A stretch of 64,000 bases of DNA from Schizochytrium sp. TIO01 (taxonomy: Eukaryota; Protista; Bigyra: Labyrinthulomycetes): NCBI GenBank assembly GCA_004764695.1, contig SMSO01000031.1, forward strand, positions 1,154,436-1,218,435, given 5' to 3'. The position numbers were made by a program, and so were the translations under genes. The notes beneath the pieces are model-generated. The model was not told the origin of the DNA. It saw nothing but the letters and a program-made list of their open reading frames with translations, and ran no database searches. Below are positions 35,237-46,380 of the stretch, piece by piece (within the stretch, counting starts at the first letter, position 1; the number at the start of each line of letters is the position of its first letter).

Positions 35237-35828
35237 ATTAAATATTCAACTAGGACTACACAATTAACAATTCCAAATATGTAAAAATCTTCATACCACT
35301 GCTTACCTACCACTCTGTCGTAAATAGTCACTAGTAAAATATCGCTCACACAATGTTCCAAAGCTGCATGTTTCTACATTATAAATGATGACCTGAATTT
35401 CTGCTTCAATTCCGTGCTGCTGTGTAGTACTAGTCACTGCTATCTAACTCCTATGCACATATAGGTCATAGACTGCATCCTTTAGATTGCTTATTATTCT
35501 GTCCCTTCTATCGACTTGAAGGCCCCAAACCATTTCATGGGAGAAGCAAAAAGCTCGTTCAACTGGTGTAGAAAGAGCCAAGGACTACGCTAAACTAGAC
35601 TTTCAGATCCCACTTCAGCAAGCAAAAGATCGGGAAAGGTGGTCTTTTACCATTGTTCACGTGAGCCCAACTGTCTGATTGCAGACTCGTTTCACCATCG
35701 TGTTCTCCTTTCCCATCTGGCTTGAACTGATTTTTACGAACACCTCTCCCCTTTGTGTGTTTTCTTTAGTTGGTCGAAGCCGGACAAAGAAAGCTGTGTC
35801 TTTCACGTTCTCGACCACCTCAGGTCCT

Positions 35829-38204
35829 ATGTGTCGTTTGTGCTGCATCCTGGCAGCGTTGTTGTTACTGATTTCAACAAGTGTAGCTGCAACATCCCAG
35901 AACGGAGCCCAAGAAGTTGTGGGCCCCTTGACTAGTGTCGACGATGTCAAAATGCAGCAAATTAAAGCGTTGCAAGCAGCAGCAAATCTTAATCTTAAAC
36001 GCACAAAATTTCACCTTGAACTCGTGAGTCCGTCTTCAGGCTCACAGAATGTCAGGAGTGAGTTATCTGAGGTGGTTTTCGCATTTTCCAACGTTTCCAT
36101 AGCTGAAGGAGCACCAACACCAGAGAACCCAATACTCATGAACTATATAGTAGAGCAAGCACGATTTTTTGCAGAGCAAAGTGAAAATGCTGGCCAGAAA
36201 ACCAATTTTACAGACGGGAACGCAAGCCCCAGCACTAATTTTACAAAAGCTACGTTTGCATACAAAAAGAATATGTGGCTTAAACTTGATGAAGTCAAAG
36301 ACGGGGGCAAGCTAGGTCTAGTTACACAGCACAGTCTAAAACTAGAAAATCTTTGGTTTTCTATGGAAAAGGAACTTTTCAAGATTCACATTGCTTTTAA
36401 TTTAACAAAGGGGCTCAAATATGATCACACGTATAAATTGGAGCTTTCCGACGCTGCTTTTCAGGGACTAAATAGGCCTGATTTAAGACTTAGTGACTGG
36501 CGCTTTTCCACTGAAACCAAACCAGACGATCCTGGGGCGAACACGAATGTTGAAGTTTCCCGAGTCCAAGTATATGGGATAGGAGTGTTTATGCTTGATG
36601 TTGGAGGCGTGGATCTTCGCAAGGGCCTCTTCAATGCAGATCTACAACTCTTTCTCCTCAAGTATTACCTTGACTTTGACAATGTCGAGACAGCTCGACG
36701 CGAGGCGATGTATGCTAACCGTACATGCAAGGATGCGCAACATGGCGAGAGATTCCAGTATTTACATGACGAATCTTCTGATTCACTCTTATCCAAATTT
36801 AATTTTATTAACACTGCAACAAAGACAGTACCGGAGCTAGTATTTGCTCATGAGGGCCTCGAAGCTTTCGACCACTATCGAGTGCGGTCCTCATGGACAT
36901 TTAGTCCCAAGGTGGCAAACTATCCTTTCCAGGACCAAGACATGGTGATTCAGCTCGAAATCGCTGGTCAGTCTGTTACGCGTGAGCCCACTGCTGTTCT
37001 TTGTGTTCTAGAAACATTTTCTGGCTTTGCACAGAATCTGTCATCACTAAGTCTTGTTGAAGCTGACACAAGGATTGGCCACGCTACATATACGAGCAGC
37101 TTTACAGTTTCAGAGCAGCGCCGCTGGCCACCTCTGTCTGGAAATTTCAAACCTCCTTATCGGTTTCCCCACGATGCAAACGTTGCACGTCAACCGATGC
37201 GTGGTTCTTCTCGGCTTCATTGGATCATAAGTCTGCACAGGCCACCCATCATCGGGGCGTTGGAGTTAGCCCCAGCACTCTTTGTCGCTGCGTCTGCGCT
37301 CGTTTCTTATTTCCTGCCAGTCTCCGAATTACGTTCACGTCTTACCACCTGCACAACTTCTTTGTTGGCTGCCGTGGTTCAGCACTCTTCTTTACGAAGC
37401 CGCATTCCAGAAAGAGCAGCTGTCACCAATGCTGACTTGGCAATGCTGGTAGTGTACACTCTGATTTTACTGTCTGTCGTGTCGACAGTTATTGTTCTTG
37501 TTGCAATTCATCATCGCCGGTGGTCCATATTTGCTGAGAGGATCAATACGATGTTGCGTACATTTGGCATCATGTCACCCCTCCTGTTCTTAGTTTTCCC
37601 ACTTGGTGGTAGTCGTGACGTGTCAACGTGGTTTGCTACGCTATTTTCAATCGCTCTTGGCACATACTTTCTTCATGCATGCATATGGGGTGGGGCAAAT
37701 AATTCGCTTCTCATCCGTGATGGAATTTCTTCATGTAATGTCTGGCTACGTCGGCTTTGCCGCCGATCTCCAAATGTTGATTACAACTACGCCCCTTTGA
37801 ATGTGCTCAAGAACATGGAGGTTAATATGTGGACAGCGACGGAGGTAGCAATATGGATCGAAACGTTGATTTTGCCAAGCTCTACGGAGGCAGATAGAAA
37901 ACGCTATGCCGACGCATTTTTTGCCGAACGGATAGATGGCCCTGTTTTACACCGTCTTGATCTGAGTGCTGTAAGAAGTTTGCGAATTCCTTTAGGTCAT
38001 AGTATGCGTATTCATGATGCAATTGCAGATTTAATGAGAGAGCAACAGAATCACGCATCTCAATCTGTGACTACTAGTATTGACGAAGATGATATAGATG
38101 CCGAGGACACCGAAGAAGATCAATTGGTAGAGATCCGTAATTTGCAAGCACGCTCGCGTGAAAGAAACAACTCCTCTAACGGAGTTGAAATGATCATTAG
38201 ATAA
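35829..38204 (+). CDS. Cys-less (Pro-loop) pentameric ligand-gated ion channel-like protein with an N-terminal Ig-like domain and a C-terminal SAM domain
   Basis: Signal peptide; beta1-2 GIGVFMLDVGGVDLRKGLFNADLQL; Pro-loop YRVRSSWTFSPKVANYPFQDQDMVIQLE; pre-M1 ISLHR; M1 proline; M2 RLTTCTTSLLAAVVQH; M2-M3 IPERAAVTNAD; SAM WTATEVAIWI...YADAFFAERIDGPVL...IPLGHSMRI. Confidence 0.85.
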   Translation: MCRLCCILAALLLLISTSVAATSQNGAQEVVGPLTSVDDVKMQQIKALQAAANLNLKRTKFHLELVSPSSGSQNVRSELSEVVFAFSNVSIAEGAPTPENPILMNYIVEQARFFAEQSENAGQKTNFTDGNASPSTNFTKATFAYKKNMWLKLDEVKDGGKLGLVTQHSLKLENLWFSMEKELFKIHIAFNLTKGLKYDHTYKLELSDAAFQGLNRPDLRLSDWRFSTETKPDDPGANTNVEVSRVQVYGIGVFMLDVGGVDLRKGLFNADLQLFLLKYYLDFDNVETARREAMYANRTCKDAQHGERFQYLHDESSDSLLSKFNFINTATKTVPELVFAHEGLEAFDHYRVRSSWTFSPKVANYPFQDQDMVIQLEIAGQSVTREPTAVLCVLETFSGFAQNLSSLSLVEADTRIGHATYTSSFTVSEQRRWPPLSGNFKPPYRFPHDANVARQPMRGSSRLHWIISLHRPPIIGALELAPALFVAASALVSYFLPVSELRSRLTTCTTSLLAAVVQHSSLRSRIPERAAVTNADLAMLVVYTLILLSVVSTVIVLVAIHHRRWSIFAERINTMLRTFGIMSPLLFLVFPLGGSRDVSTWFATLFSIALGTYFLHACIWGGANNSLLIRDGISSCNVWLRRLCRRSPNVDYNYAPLNVLKNMEVNMWTATEVAIWIETLILPSSTEADRKRYADAFFAERIDGPVLHRLDLSAVRSLRIPLGHSMRIHDAIADLMREQQNHASQSVTTSIDEDDIDAEDTEEDQLVEIRNLQARSRERNNSSNGVEMIIR

Positions 38205-38432
38205 AACTGACATGTGTCATATTCAATCATGCGTACCTAGTACAGTGGTGAATTAAACATGTTCATTGTAAATTTAGATTCAGTACATTTTGATAAAGAC
38301 TATCCCAGTAGATAATTGCTTTTTCCATTGATGTACAAAAAGTATACGTCCAAGTACAGTTTTGAATGACTCATGACATGAGCAAGGCGCATGATCTGAT
38401 ATTAATGAGTTAAGATAGATAATGCTGTGAAA

Positions 38433-40730
38433 TTACTGAAATGTCTGAGACGTGTCCGCAGCTGCTAGAAGTCTGTCCATACGTGGAAGTTGCTCTTCAT
38501 CGGGGACTGGCTTACGCAGGTTAGGGGAAAGCTTGAGAGAATTGACGCCGCCGCGATCATCACCAACCAAAAGAATGGGCGCAACAGTGGAGAAAGCAAG
38601 ATGTGTCAGCTTAGCACGCTTGACAACCTTTTGCTCGCAGAGGGGTTCATGCTTATTTTCGCTAAGATCAAATACGTGTACCTTGCCATCGCTAGTCACT
38701 GCTGCGAAAACAGTCGATGAGTACGGAGCCCAGGCCACTTCTCCAACCGGGTTTCCAAGGTCAAAACTCATGATCGGGTGTGGGAGGTTGTGGTCCCAGA
38801 GTTTTACTGTCCAATCAGCAGAGCACGAAAGGAAGACTCGAGGGTGGAATGGGTTCCACGCTACCGCGTAGACAGCCATGTGGTGCCCTTCATAGGTTTG
38901 CAAGTACTGGCCGCTGTACGACTTGCTGCATTTTGCAATCATGCCCTCCTCTGTGCCCACAAGGAAGAGGTGCTCGGATTTAGTGTTAAAGGCGAAGCAG
39001 CATCCGCCCGCGAGGCCTGACAGAGTGGCATCCTCGTCAGCTTCGTCCTTGTCATTCAGCATTAGCTTCAGTTGCATCATAGGCTCCATTTTAAGGGAGG
39101 ACTTTGACATGGACCAATTAGCAACCTGACCGTCTGAACTAATTGAGTAGAAGCTTGGTTCCTTAGCAACTTCCTCTTCTGTCCACTTCACTCCATAAAC
39201 AGGGTCTGAATCTGTGTTTGCAGAATAATTGAAAAGTAAATAGATATGAGAGTAAATAAATATTCGAGCAAATTGCCCACGCACATTGACGAGATAACGG
39301 GTTAGTACATGTGTCTGTCGTTTTCATCTGGATGTGTAATCGGTGAAATAACCTCATATTATGTGAAACTTACGTTTGCCTGTCTTGATTGTAGAAATGT
39401 AAATCGGTTTGTTAAGTTTGCTGCGTACGTCAAAGACCATAACAGTACCATCGTAGCAGCCTACTGAGAGCAGAGCACATCGTGCTGACTGGGGATGGAA
39501 ATCTACAGACATCACACCGGATTCTGTTGTGAAAGAGTACTCCGGAGCAGATGTGTTCTTTAGTGAATAACAGCACACCATACCACTGCCCTGTCGCATA
39601 AAGTCATAACTTCCATAGCCAACGGCGAAAAGGTCTGGGAGCGCGGGATTCCAACAAACAGCGGTGACCTGCTTGCGCTTGACGCGGTCATGTGTGAACC
39701 GCCACAGCGGCAGTAGACTTCCTTCGCCATCTCTGAACTGATCACTTTGATCCTCCCAGTACTTATAGTCTTCATAAATCTCCAACTCGGCATTCTGATT
39801 TACCATGCGCTCAAGAATCTTGAGCGACTTGCTCATATCCTCTCCGTGAACAAGATCGCTTTCCTTGCTTGATTTAGCCTTGTCCTCGCCAATACCGCCT
39901 TCGACAGTATCATATTCGGAGATAGAGGATGAAGTCATTGACCGACCATTCTTCTTTTTCTTTTTCTTTGCCGCTGCGTTCATGATTTCCTGGTCCTTAA
40001 TGTTCTCAAGAAACTTTGACACGTAAAGGTCATAAATCTCCCATTGTGTCACGGAGTCCTGATAGTGTCGTAGTTCAGGCGGTTTGGTGCTTACACCACG
40101 ATTCTTTTTCGGATTATTAAAGGTCTGTGCTGCGCGATCACTGTAGTTGAACTGATTTTTTGTGATTTCCTTGGCTGGCGCTTGACTCTGGCTAGGTGTG
40201 TTCTGCGCGATAGGATCCTGGGTAATAATGTCTCCATCGACGCCAGGGATTCCACCAACTGCTGCTGCAGCGACTGCAGTGGGCGATGCCAAGCCCGCAT
40301 TTGTGTCTTCTTCATCATCCTCCGCAGCTTTGCGTTCCTGTTCACGGCGCTTGTCGAGTGCCTCGCGCTCCCAAGCCTGTTGAGTCTGCGCAATTTGACT
40401 TTCCTTGTGCAATCTGCTGCCTCGCATGTCCAAATGCACCATAAGCTCTTGGTACTGAAGGGGGGGCTCCTCTACAAACTGGGAGCGAGAGTAATCATAT
40501 TTTTGCGAGTTCGTCGGCACGTTAGGGTTCTTATTGCGCAGAACTATGGGCTCCGCAGGCGTGTCGAGCTCCTCAGCAGAAAGTTGAAGCTGCTCTGCAG
40601 GAGCAATCCACTCCACGCGTGGTTCTTCGTATCCCATACCCCAATCTCCACCAGCATCGTTGTAGTCTCCCCCTTCGTCGGCGTCGTCGTCATGCTTGGG
40701 CTTCTTGCCCTTGTCCTTGCCCTTGGCCAT
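38433..40730 (-). CDS. DNAI1: Axonemal outer-arm dynein intermediate chain 1 (IC78-like); intron 39212-39373
   Basis: NQFNYSDRAAQTFNNP, KILERMVNQN, YKYWEDQSDQFRDGEGSLLPLWRF, DLFAVGYGSYDF, FLVGTEEG. Splicing GTAAGT...CAG restores GKHSDPVYGVKW. Confidence 0.95.
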
Positions 40731-41484
40731 CTCAGAACACCCAAGCTAGCTTGTAACGCTCTCTACAAATAACACCAAAAGTCTTATTCAAATCGCTCAC
40801 AATCACGACGCAGACCCCCCAGTTTCTGCGACGTCCGAAGCCGCGCCTTCGCAAGAAAACTCGCTCGGCGATGCAGGAATGGTCAAAGAAACTCAAGGCG
40901 GCTGTTGCTTAATGAGCCACATCCTCAATCTCAGTGATACGCTAAAACCTTGAACGTGCAAGTTGGGACACCTCGATCATAAATGTTAGCAACTCAAAGG
41001 TTCAGGCGTACTCAACGGTCAATAATGATAGTGCAATATAAGAAAAGGAATTATTTACAAGAACCAGGGGTTAATATTTGAAGAAAAAAAAAAAGGGTTC
41101 CTCTTTAATCGACACTCCAAGAATATGGGGAAAGGCGAGTAAGTGATAGCAGCAAACGAAGTTGTGATAGGCGTGCAAACGGTTTATACTTTGCAGATGC
41201 TTCCATGACAATAATCATAACAACAATAATCATGATAATTTTGTTTTTATTTCTATTTATTATTATTATTGAATTACATATATAGGCTATATATGATTTC
41301 TTCTTTTACTCAAGCATTGTTTTGTTTTTTTGGTTGCCCTTGGTCATTCCCGAACAGAAGAAAGAGTCAGCATTGATCTCGTTAAGGAACAATACATAAT
41401 CCATTATGGCTTTTGCGTTCTCGTCTTGCGATTCCACAGAGCGAGAGAAATAAGAAAGCAAAATACTGACGAGGAACAGAATAA

Positions 41485-42831
41485 TTAATACAGTTCGAAG
41501 ATCTTACAAACGATCGCAGCGAGGCCCACAGCCACGAAAAATGCGAGTTGAAGCGAAAGATTCATGATCGTGCTTACCTGGCGCGTTATTGGGCTCGCAG
41601 GGTCTGAAACTGGCAGGAGCTGGAAACTTAATGTACTGAGATAACCTGATGTACCCGCAAATATTGCGATTGCGATCGTAAAAATAGCATCATTACGAGG
41701 AAGAACGCAGTTGCCAAAGACATATAAGAAGAATAAGGGGACACATATTGCAAGTCGAATTACTGCAACAAGTAGCAAGACTGAGCGGCTGCGAATGATT
41801 TGCGGCAGTACCACCGTGGCAGGACGCGAAAGCGCATCAGTGAATGTCTTAGCATAGAACAAAATTGAGGCTAGTTGTGCTTGCGATGCCTCATCGCCGC
41901 CACTTGATGGTACAAAAGAGTAGAATGGGAAAACAAACATTGAAGCTAATACTGTAAGAAATACAGTAAGCGAGCACAATTCTGCTTGGCGAAATGCTTT
42001 CAACCAAAGAGCAGGAATGAAAATCCCAGGAATGGCTTCTTCACTAGAGTCGCTAGTGTTGCTACTGCCGTTTGAATCTGACGGAACCTCTTCCCCAGTA
42101 CTTTCCTCATGAAGAGGAGAGTCCTCGAGCATAGGCTCCTCTTCTGAAGATGATGCGCTACCCAAGGGCTGGTGGTAAAGTTTTTTTGCACATGTGACTG
42201 CAAAATAAAGCGTAGGAGCGATAAGCAGCAACGAGATTCCAGCAAGCGCGTAAAAGAAAGTAGTCACACCTTGTGCAGAAACAGGATCAAAGCCCGTTGC
42301 TAACTTCGCTCCGAGGCAAATCAAGCTTGAGGCTTGGTAACCAAAAAATAGCATGGCCTTCAGCTGTTCGCACCCCTGTGGATCGTCTCCGTTTAGCATC
42401 ACCATCTGTAAAGAGTACTCCATGGCAACAGCGCTACAAACGCTAAATAACGTACACACGGCCAATAATATCATCAAATCTGCCTTCACAAAAGGAGTAA
42501 TAACAAGTGCTCCAGCTGAGGCAACAAAAGTCACAATTATTGAGCGCGCGTCGCTTTTCAACTGGCCCAGACGATCCGCATGATGACTCTGACTCGATAG
42601 CTTGGAAAGGATCAGAACCATAGGCAAGGATGGCAGGTATAATGCACATGTGATGAGTACAAAAGAGCCTTCACCAAGGTGGACTGAAAAATATCCAACT
42701 GCTGACAAAACAGCATTTAGGCCTAGCGAAGATCCGACGCCGATGGCCAGGCCTGTTGCCTTCGCAAGTCTCCCTATGCGTCTCCCCTCTTCGGATTCAT
42801 GTTCGTCTATTACAGTTTCCATTGGTATCAT
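41485..42831 (-). CDS. Equilibrative nucleoside transporter (ENT/SLC29)-like
   Basis: About 11 hydrophobic segments with a central acidic loop; GVGSSLGLNAVLSAVGYF, MFVFP, FTDALSR, IFAGTSGYLST. Confidence 0.82.
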   Translation of the reverse strand: MIPMETVIDEHESEEGRRIGRLAKATGLAIGVGSSLGLNAVLSAVGYFSVHLGEGSFVLITCALYLPSLPMVLILSKLSSQSHHADRLGQLKSDARSIIVTFVASAGALVITPFVKADLMILLAVCTLFSVCSAVAMEYSLQMVMLNGDDPQGCEQLKAMLFFGYQASSLICLGAKLATGFDPVSAQGVTTFFYALAGISLLLIAPTLYFAVTCAKKLYHQPLGSASSSEEEPMLEDSPLHEESTGEEVPSDSNGSSNTSDSSEEAIPGIFIPALWLKAFRQAELCSLTVFLTVLASMFVFPFYSFVPSSGGDEASQAQLASILFYAKTFTDALSRPATVVLPQIIRSRSVLLLVAVIRLAICVPLFFLYVFGNCVLPRNDAIFTIAIAIFAGTSGYLSTLSFQLLPVSDPASPITRQVSTIMNLSLQLAFFVAVGLAAIVCKIFELY

Positions 42832-44330
42832 TCGCAAGGCAAATACCTACCGCCTTTTGAGCCTTCGTGTATAAAACCTCTTTCGCCTTGTCAGAAAAAG
42901 CACTCAACGATCTTATCACAATGAGTTAATAAATGCAATTCACAAGCACCACTCACGTCGGTTTCAAGCTCTGCTTTGGCATGCACAAGTCCAAACGCTG
43001 GAAATGAGCAAAACTCAAAGGAAGGATGGACCAATTGCCGCAACAGGTCATCAAGCGAGGGCTTTCTTAGCCTCACGGGTCTGCAAGCAAGCGTTTAGCA
43101 GCGGCAAGACCACCTGGTGTTTGCAATGCAATTTATGTTCTGCTTGAGTGAGTGTTGCTTCGGTGAAACGAGACTCTCAAGCCGTTGGCTGGCTGACCTA
43201 GGGAACTTCGATTGCTTGCTCGCGACACGGCCGAGCGCGTGCTGCCTCCCGCAGCCTGACGAACTCTGTGCTCGAGCTTCCTGTGACGCTGCGAGCTCAG
43301 TTTTAGGCCACAGCCGAAGCTCTCATTTCTGCTGCCAGCTGGGCGCGGCTTGGCTGCAGAGGCTCGGTGTATCTCTGCGTGGTGATGGGAAGCGGCGCTC
43401 TGATTGCGGGTCTGCTGGTCTCCTATATCGACAAGTCTGTTCAAAGTTATTATCAATGCGTTGAGGAAAATTATGGCAAAGAATTAATATCATTTTTCAT
43501 TCATTTTTGTGAAAGAAGAAAATGACTTTTCTAGTACCTAATACATCGCCAAGTTCCTGATGGACGAAGGTAGGCCAAGCGCATTCGAAGCCGGGACTTT
43601 GCACATTGGCCAAGCAGGTTCTCGCAGCTGCCACAACCTGCGTGAGGCGCAAGATAAGCTGCTATCGCTTTGCAGGTTCTGGCAAGTGAGGCTTCTCTTT
43701 AGACTGAAAGAAGAGCTTCTCTGTACCTTTGAAAGAAAGTATGTGCGACTTCTTCTGCCTAGAGTTTCGCATAGCAGGAGGGTTTTAGATGCCGGTTAAA
43801 AACTTGAGAAACGTGGTACTCCTCCGCCTCGAGGACATCTAAATCGGCGGTCTCATGGCTTGTATTTGAAAGTGCCCAGCTCGAAGGAAGGCAAATTGAT
43901 TGGGAATTTCAGATAGCCCACTAAAGTATTATAATAGTCAAGTCAAATGTATGTATATCGCAAGGGAGAATGAGCGTTTTCCAAGGTTAGTGGGATGATG
44001 CGGCTACAAACTAACTGAAAATGGAACTTTTGATTGGAACTTGTGTCACTATAGGTCAATGATAAATAAATTGTGTGATAGTACCCTACCTACCTAAAGT
44101 AGGCTGTATCCTAAAGCAGAGACTGCCTCTAGAGTAGGATGCGGATTGATGCAGACTAGAGTACATGTTGCTCGTGGTGTTCCATAAGGGGAAAATAAGG
44201 ATTGGGCACATCTTGGGCAATTTGACAAGGCATTACAAGCTTTCAACAGGTGTAATACATTGAAGAGTATCATGTAAATTAGATATAAAGTTAGGAAAGC
44301 GATCTACCTCAAGCGGTTGAACTTGATGAT

Positions 44331-46380
44331 TTACATCTTGGAGAGCTCACTTGCAGCGGGTTCTTGCACGAGGAAAGCGCGACCACTTTGTTTGGGGATC
44401 ACTTCGGAAAGAACATCCGTGTCTGCAGTGTTGCAGCTCACAGTCTTCACCGAAAATTTGAGAGAGACAATTTTATCCACAGACGTTGCAGAGCTACTCT
44501 CGAGTTGGATAACAGACCCGGCTACAGTATCAAGACGTAGTTTGAACTGATTGCTGCCTAATCGCTCAAGTTTTGCCGCGCGAACAAAGGTCACCTCTCC
44601 AGGTCCACCAAAACAAACGCCTTTACCGAAGCCCGCAGCATCAAGATGTACGGAAAACGTGGTGTTCGATTGGCCCAAGCGTCCACTTAAAGATTGTGTC
44701 CTACATAGTTGCCCATAATCAGATGGAGAACCCCATGTATGAGAGCGTACAGCCACTACACCTTGCAGTGGATTTCCAGCTCCTATTTCGTTAACATCTT
44801 TGGATGATGTTTGCGTGGTTGGGATTTGTCCTGTTACAGCGCAGGCAACCTCATATGACCCACTTTGGGAGGTCGGCTTGGCAAATGTCAAGGATGGACT
44901 TGTTGAGTTAAATACGAGGTCCAACCCTTGCTGCGCCGTCACCCGGATCTTCTGAAACGGTCTTTTGGTATCGACACGAACGCCGTCAGCCTCCCAACCA
45001 TTATTTGTTGAAATCTTGGGTGTTGAACATTGTCGAAGAACGGAACGGTTTTCTTTGTCAAAGACATAGACTTCACAGTTGGCATTGCCCTTTGGGCTAT
45101 TGTTGATGATGCGCATGTATGCGGCGACCCCAGGAGAGAACACAGCCGCAGCCGTGCATTCCAAAAAGTCAGCAGCATCAGAGGGGACTTTGTGGCAGTA
45201 TGCATCAGCAAACAATAATTTTGTTGAACCCACAAAACTAGGCAGAGGCGGAGGAACAAAGGTTTGCTCTAGACGATCAAGCAAAGTGCGAGCACTTTGA
45301 GCGAGCTGAATTGTCAAAGCCCCATAATCCCCTGCAGTTGACGAGCTTGCTTGGCCAGCAGCCTTGCGAGCCGCAATGCCCTGGGAAATGATGGCTCCTC
45401 GCCAGTGGTGGAATGCTTGATAAAATGGCCAAAATGGGTCAGGGTACGGCCGTCCCATTCGAGAAGAATAAGCCTGCATAAACTCCTCCATTGTGGGAAT
45501 TCCGCTGTGATCAAAGTTTGGCATACCGTTGACACCAGCATAGGTCGTCGGGCTCGGGTTGGAGGTCCATGGAGTATCATAAAGAGCTGTGAAATTAGCA
45601 AGATCTGAGCTTGGGTGACCAATCGTTGAGAGCTCCCAATCTAGAACAGCAATTACACGAGGCTCGGTAGAGTGAAGAATAAAGTTGTCGAATTTAAAGT
45701 CACCATGACATAGGGCAACCTCATCGTCGGGCAGGCACTTGCGCATGCGTTCGACAAGCCGCTTCTGGTCCTTGATTCGCGGAACCTCTTCTGACACGGC
45801 TTCTTGCCGTTCGCTGACATGGGACAAACTAGAGAGCTGCCGGTCGTACATTCCGCCACATTTGCCATAGTCCTCGAGGCCAACGTGACGCCAGTCCACA
45901 GAGTGGATGCGGGCAAGGGTCTCGATCACGCTATTATAAGCCATGGTGCGCTCAGGAGGAGTCATTTCATCTAGGGACGCCCGTTTAAAAATACGACCTC
46001 GTACAAACTCCATGACGTAGAATTCTGAGCCCAAAACGCTTTCATCAGAGCAATAAGCGTACATTTTAGGTACAGGGACATCAGTGTTATCCGCGAGACA
46101 CTTCATAACCCAGTACTCTCGGTCAGTGCGATGCGCAGTTTTGTTGGACCTTTGGCCAGGAGGTTGCTTACGAAGAACATAGATTCCATTCACAAGGTAC
46201 GTTGGGTTTGATTGGCCAAGCGCAAACTTGCGAATTTTAGTGGGGCCTTCGTAGCCCGGCACCTCTTTTTTTAGAAAGGCATCGAGCTTGTCGATATCTA
46301 GCTTATGTGACTCTGGGACCTCGTATGTCTCCTTGGCCAGCAACCTCCTGTTGTTCAGCAGCCTCTTTCCTTTGCTCCAT
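44331..46380 (-). CDS. ACAD10/11-like APH phosphotransferase domain fused to a C-terminal beta-rich domain; frameshift near 46332
   Basis: [46 protein letters not shown]. The long frame has no upstream ATG, but ATG 46380 ([16 protein letters not shown]) joins [12 protein letters not shown] if one base is removed. Confidence 0.85.

Noticed and set aside
22553-40730. Functional cytoskeleton/flagellum gene cluster (gamma-tubulin, DNAI1, possible p25-alpha protein)
   Set aside because: The genes are interspersed with unrelated housekeeping genes and nothing indicates co-regulation.
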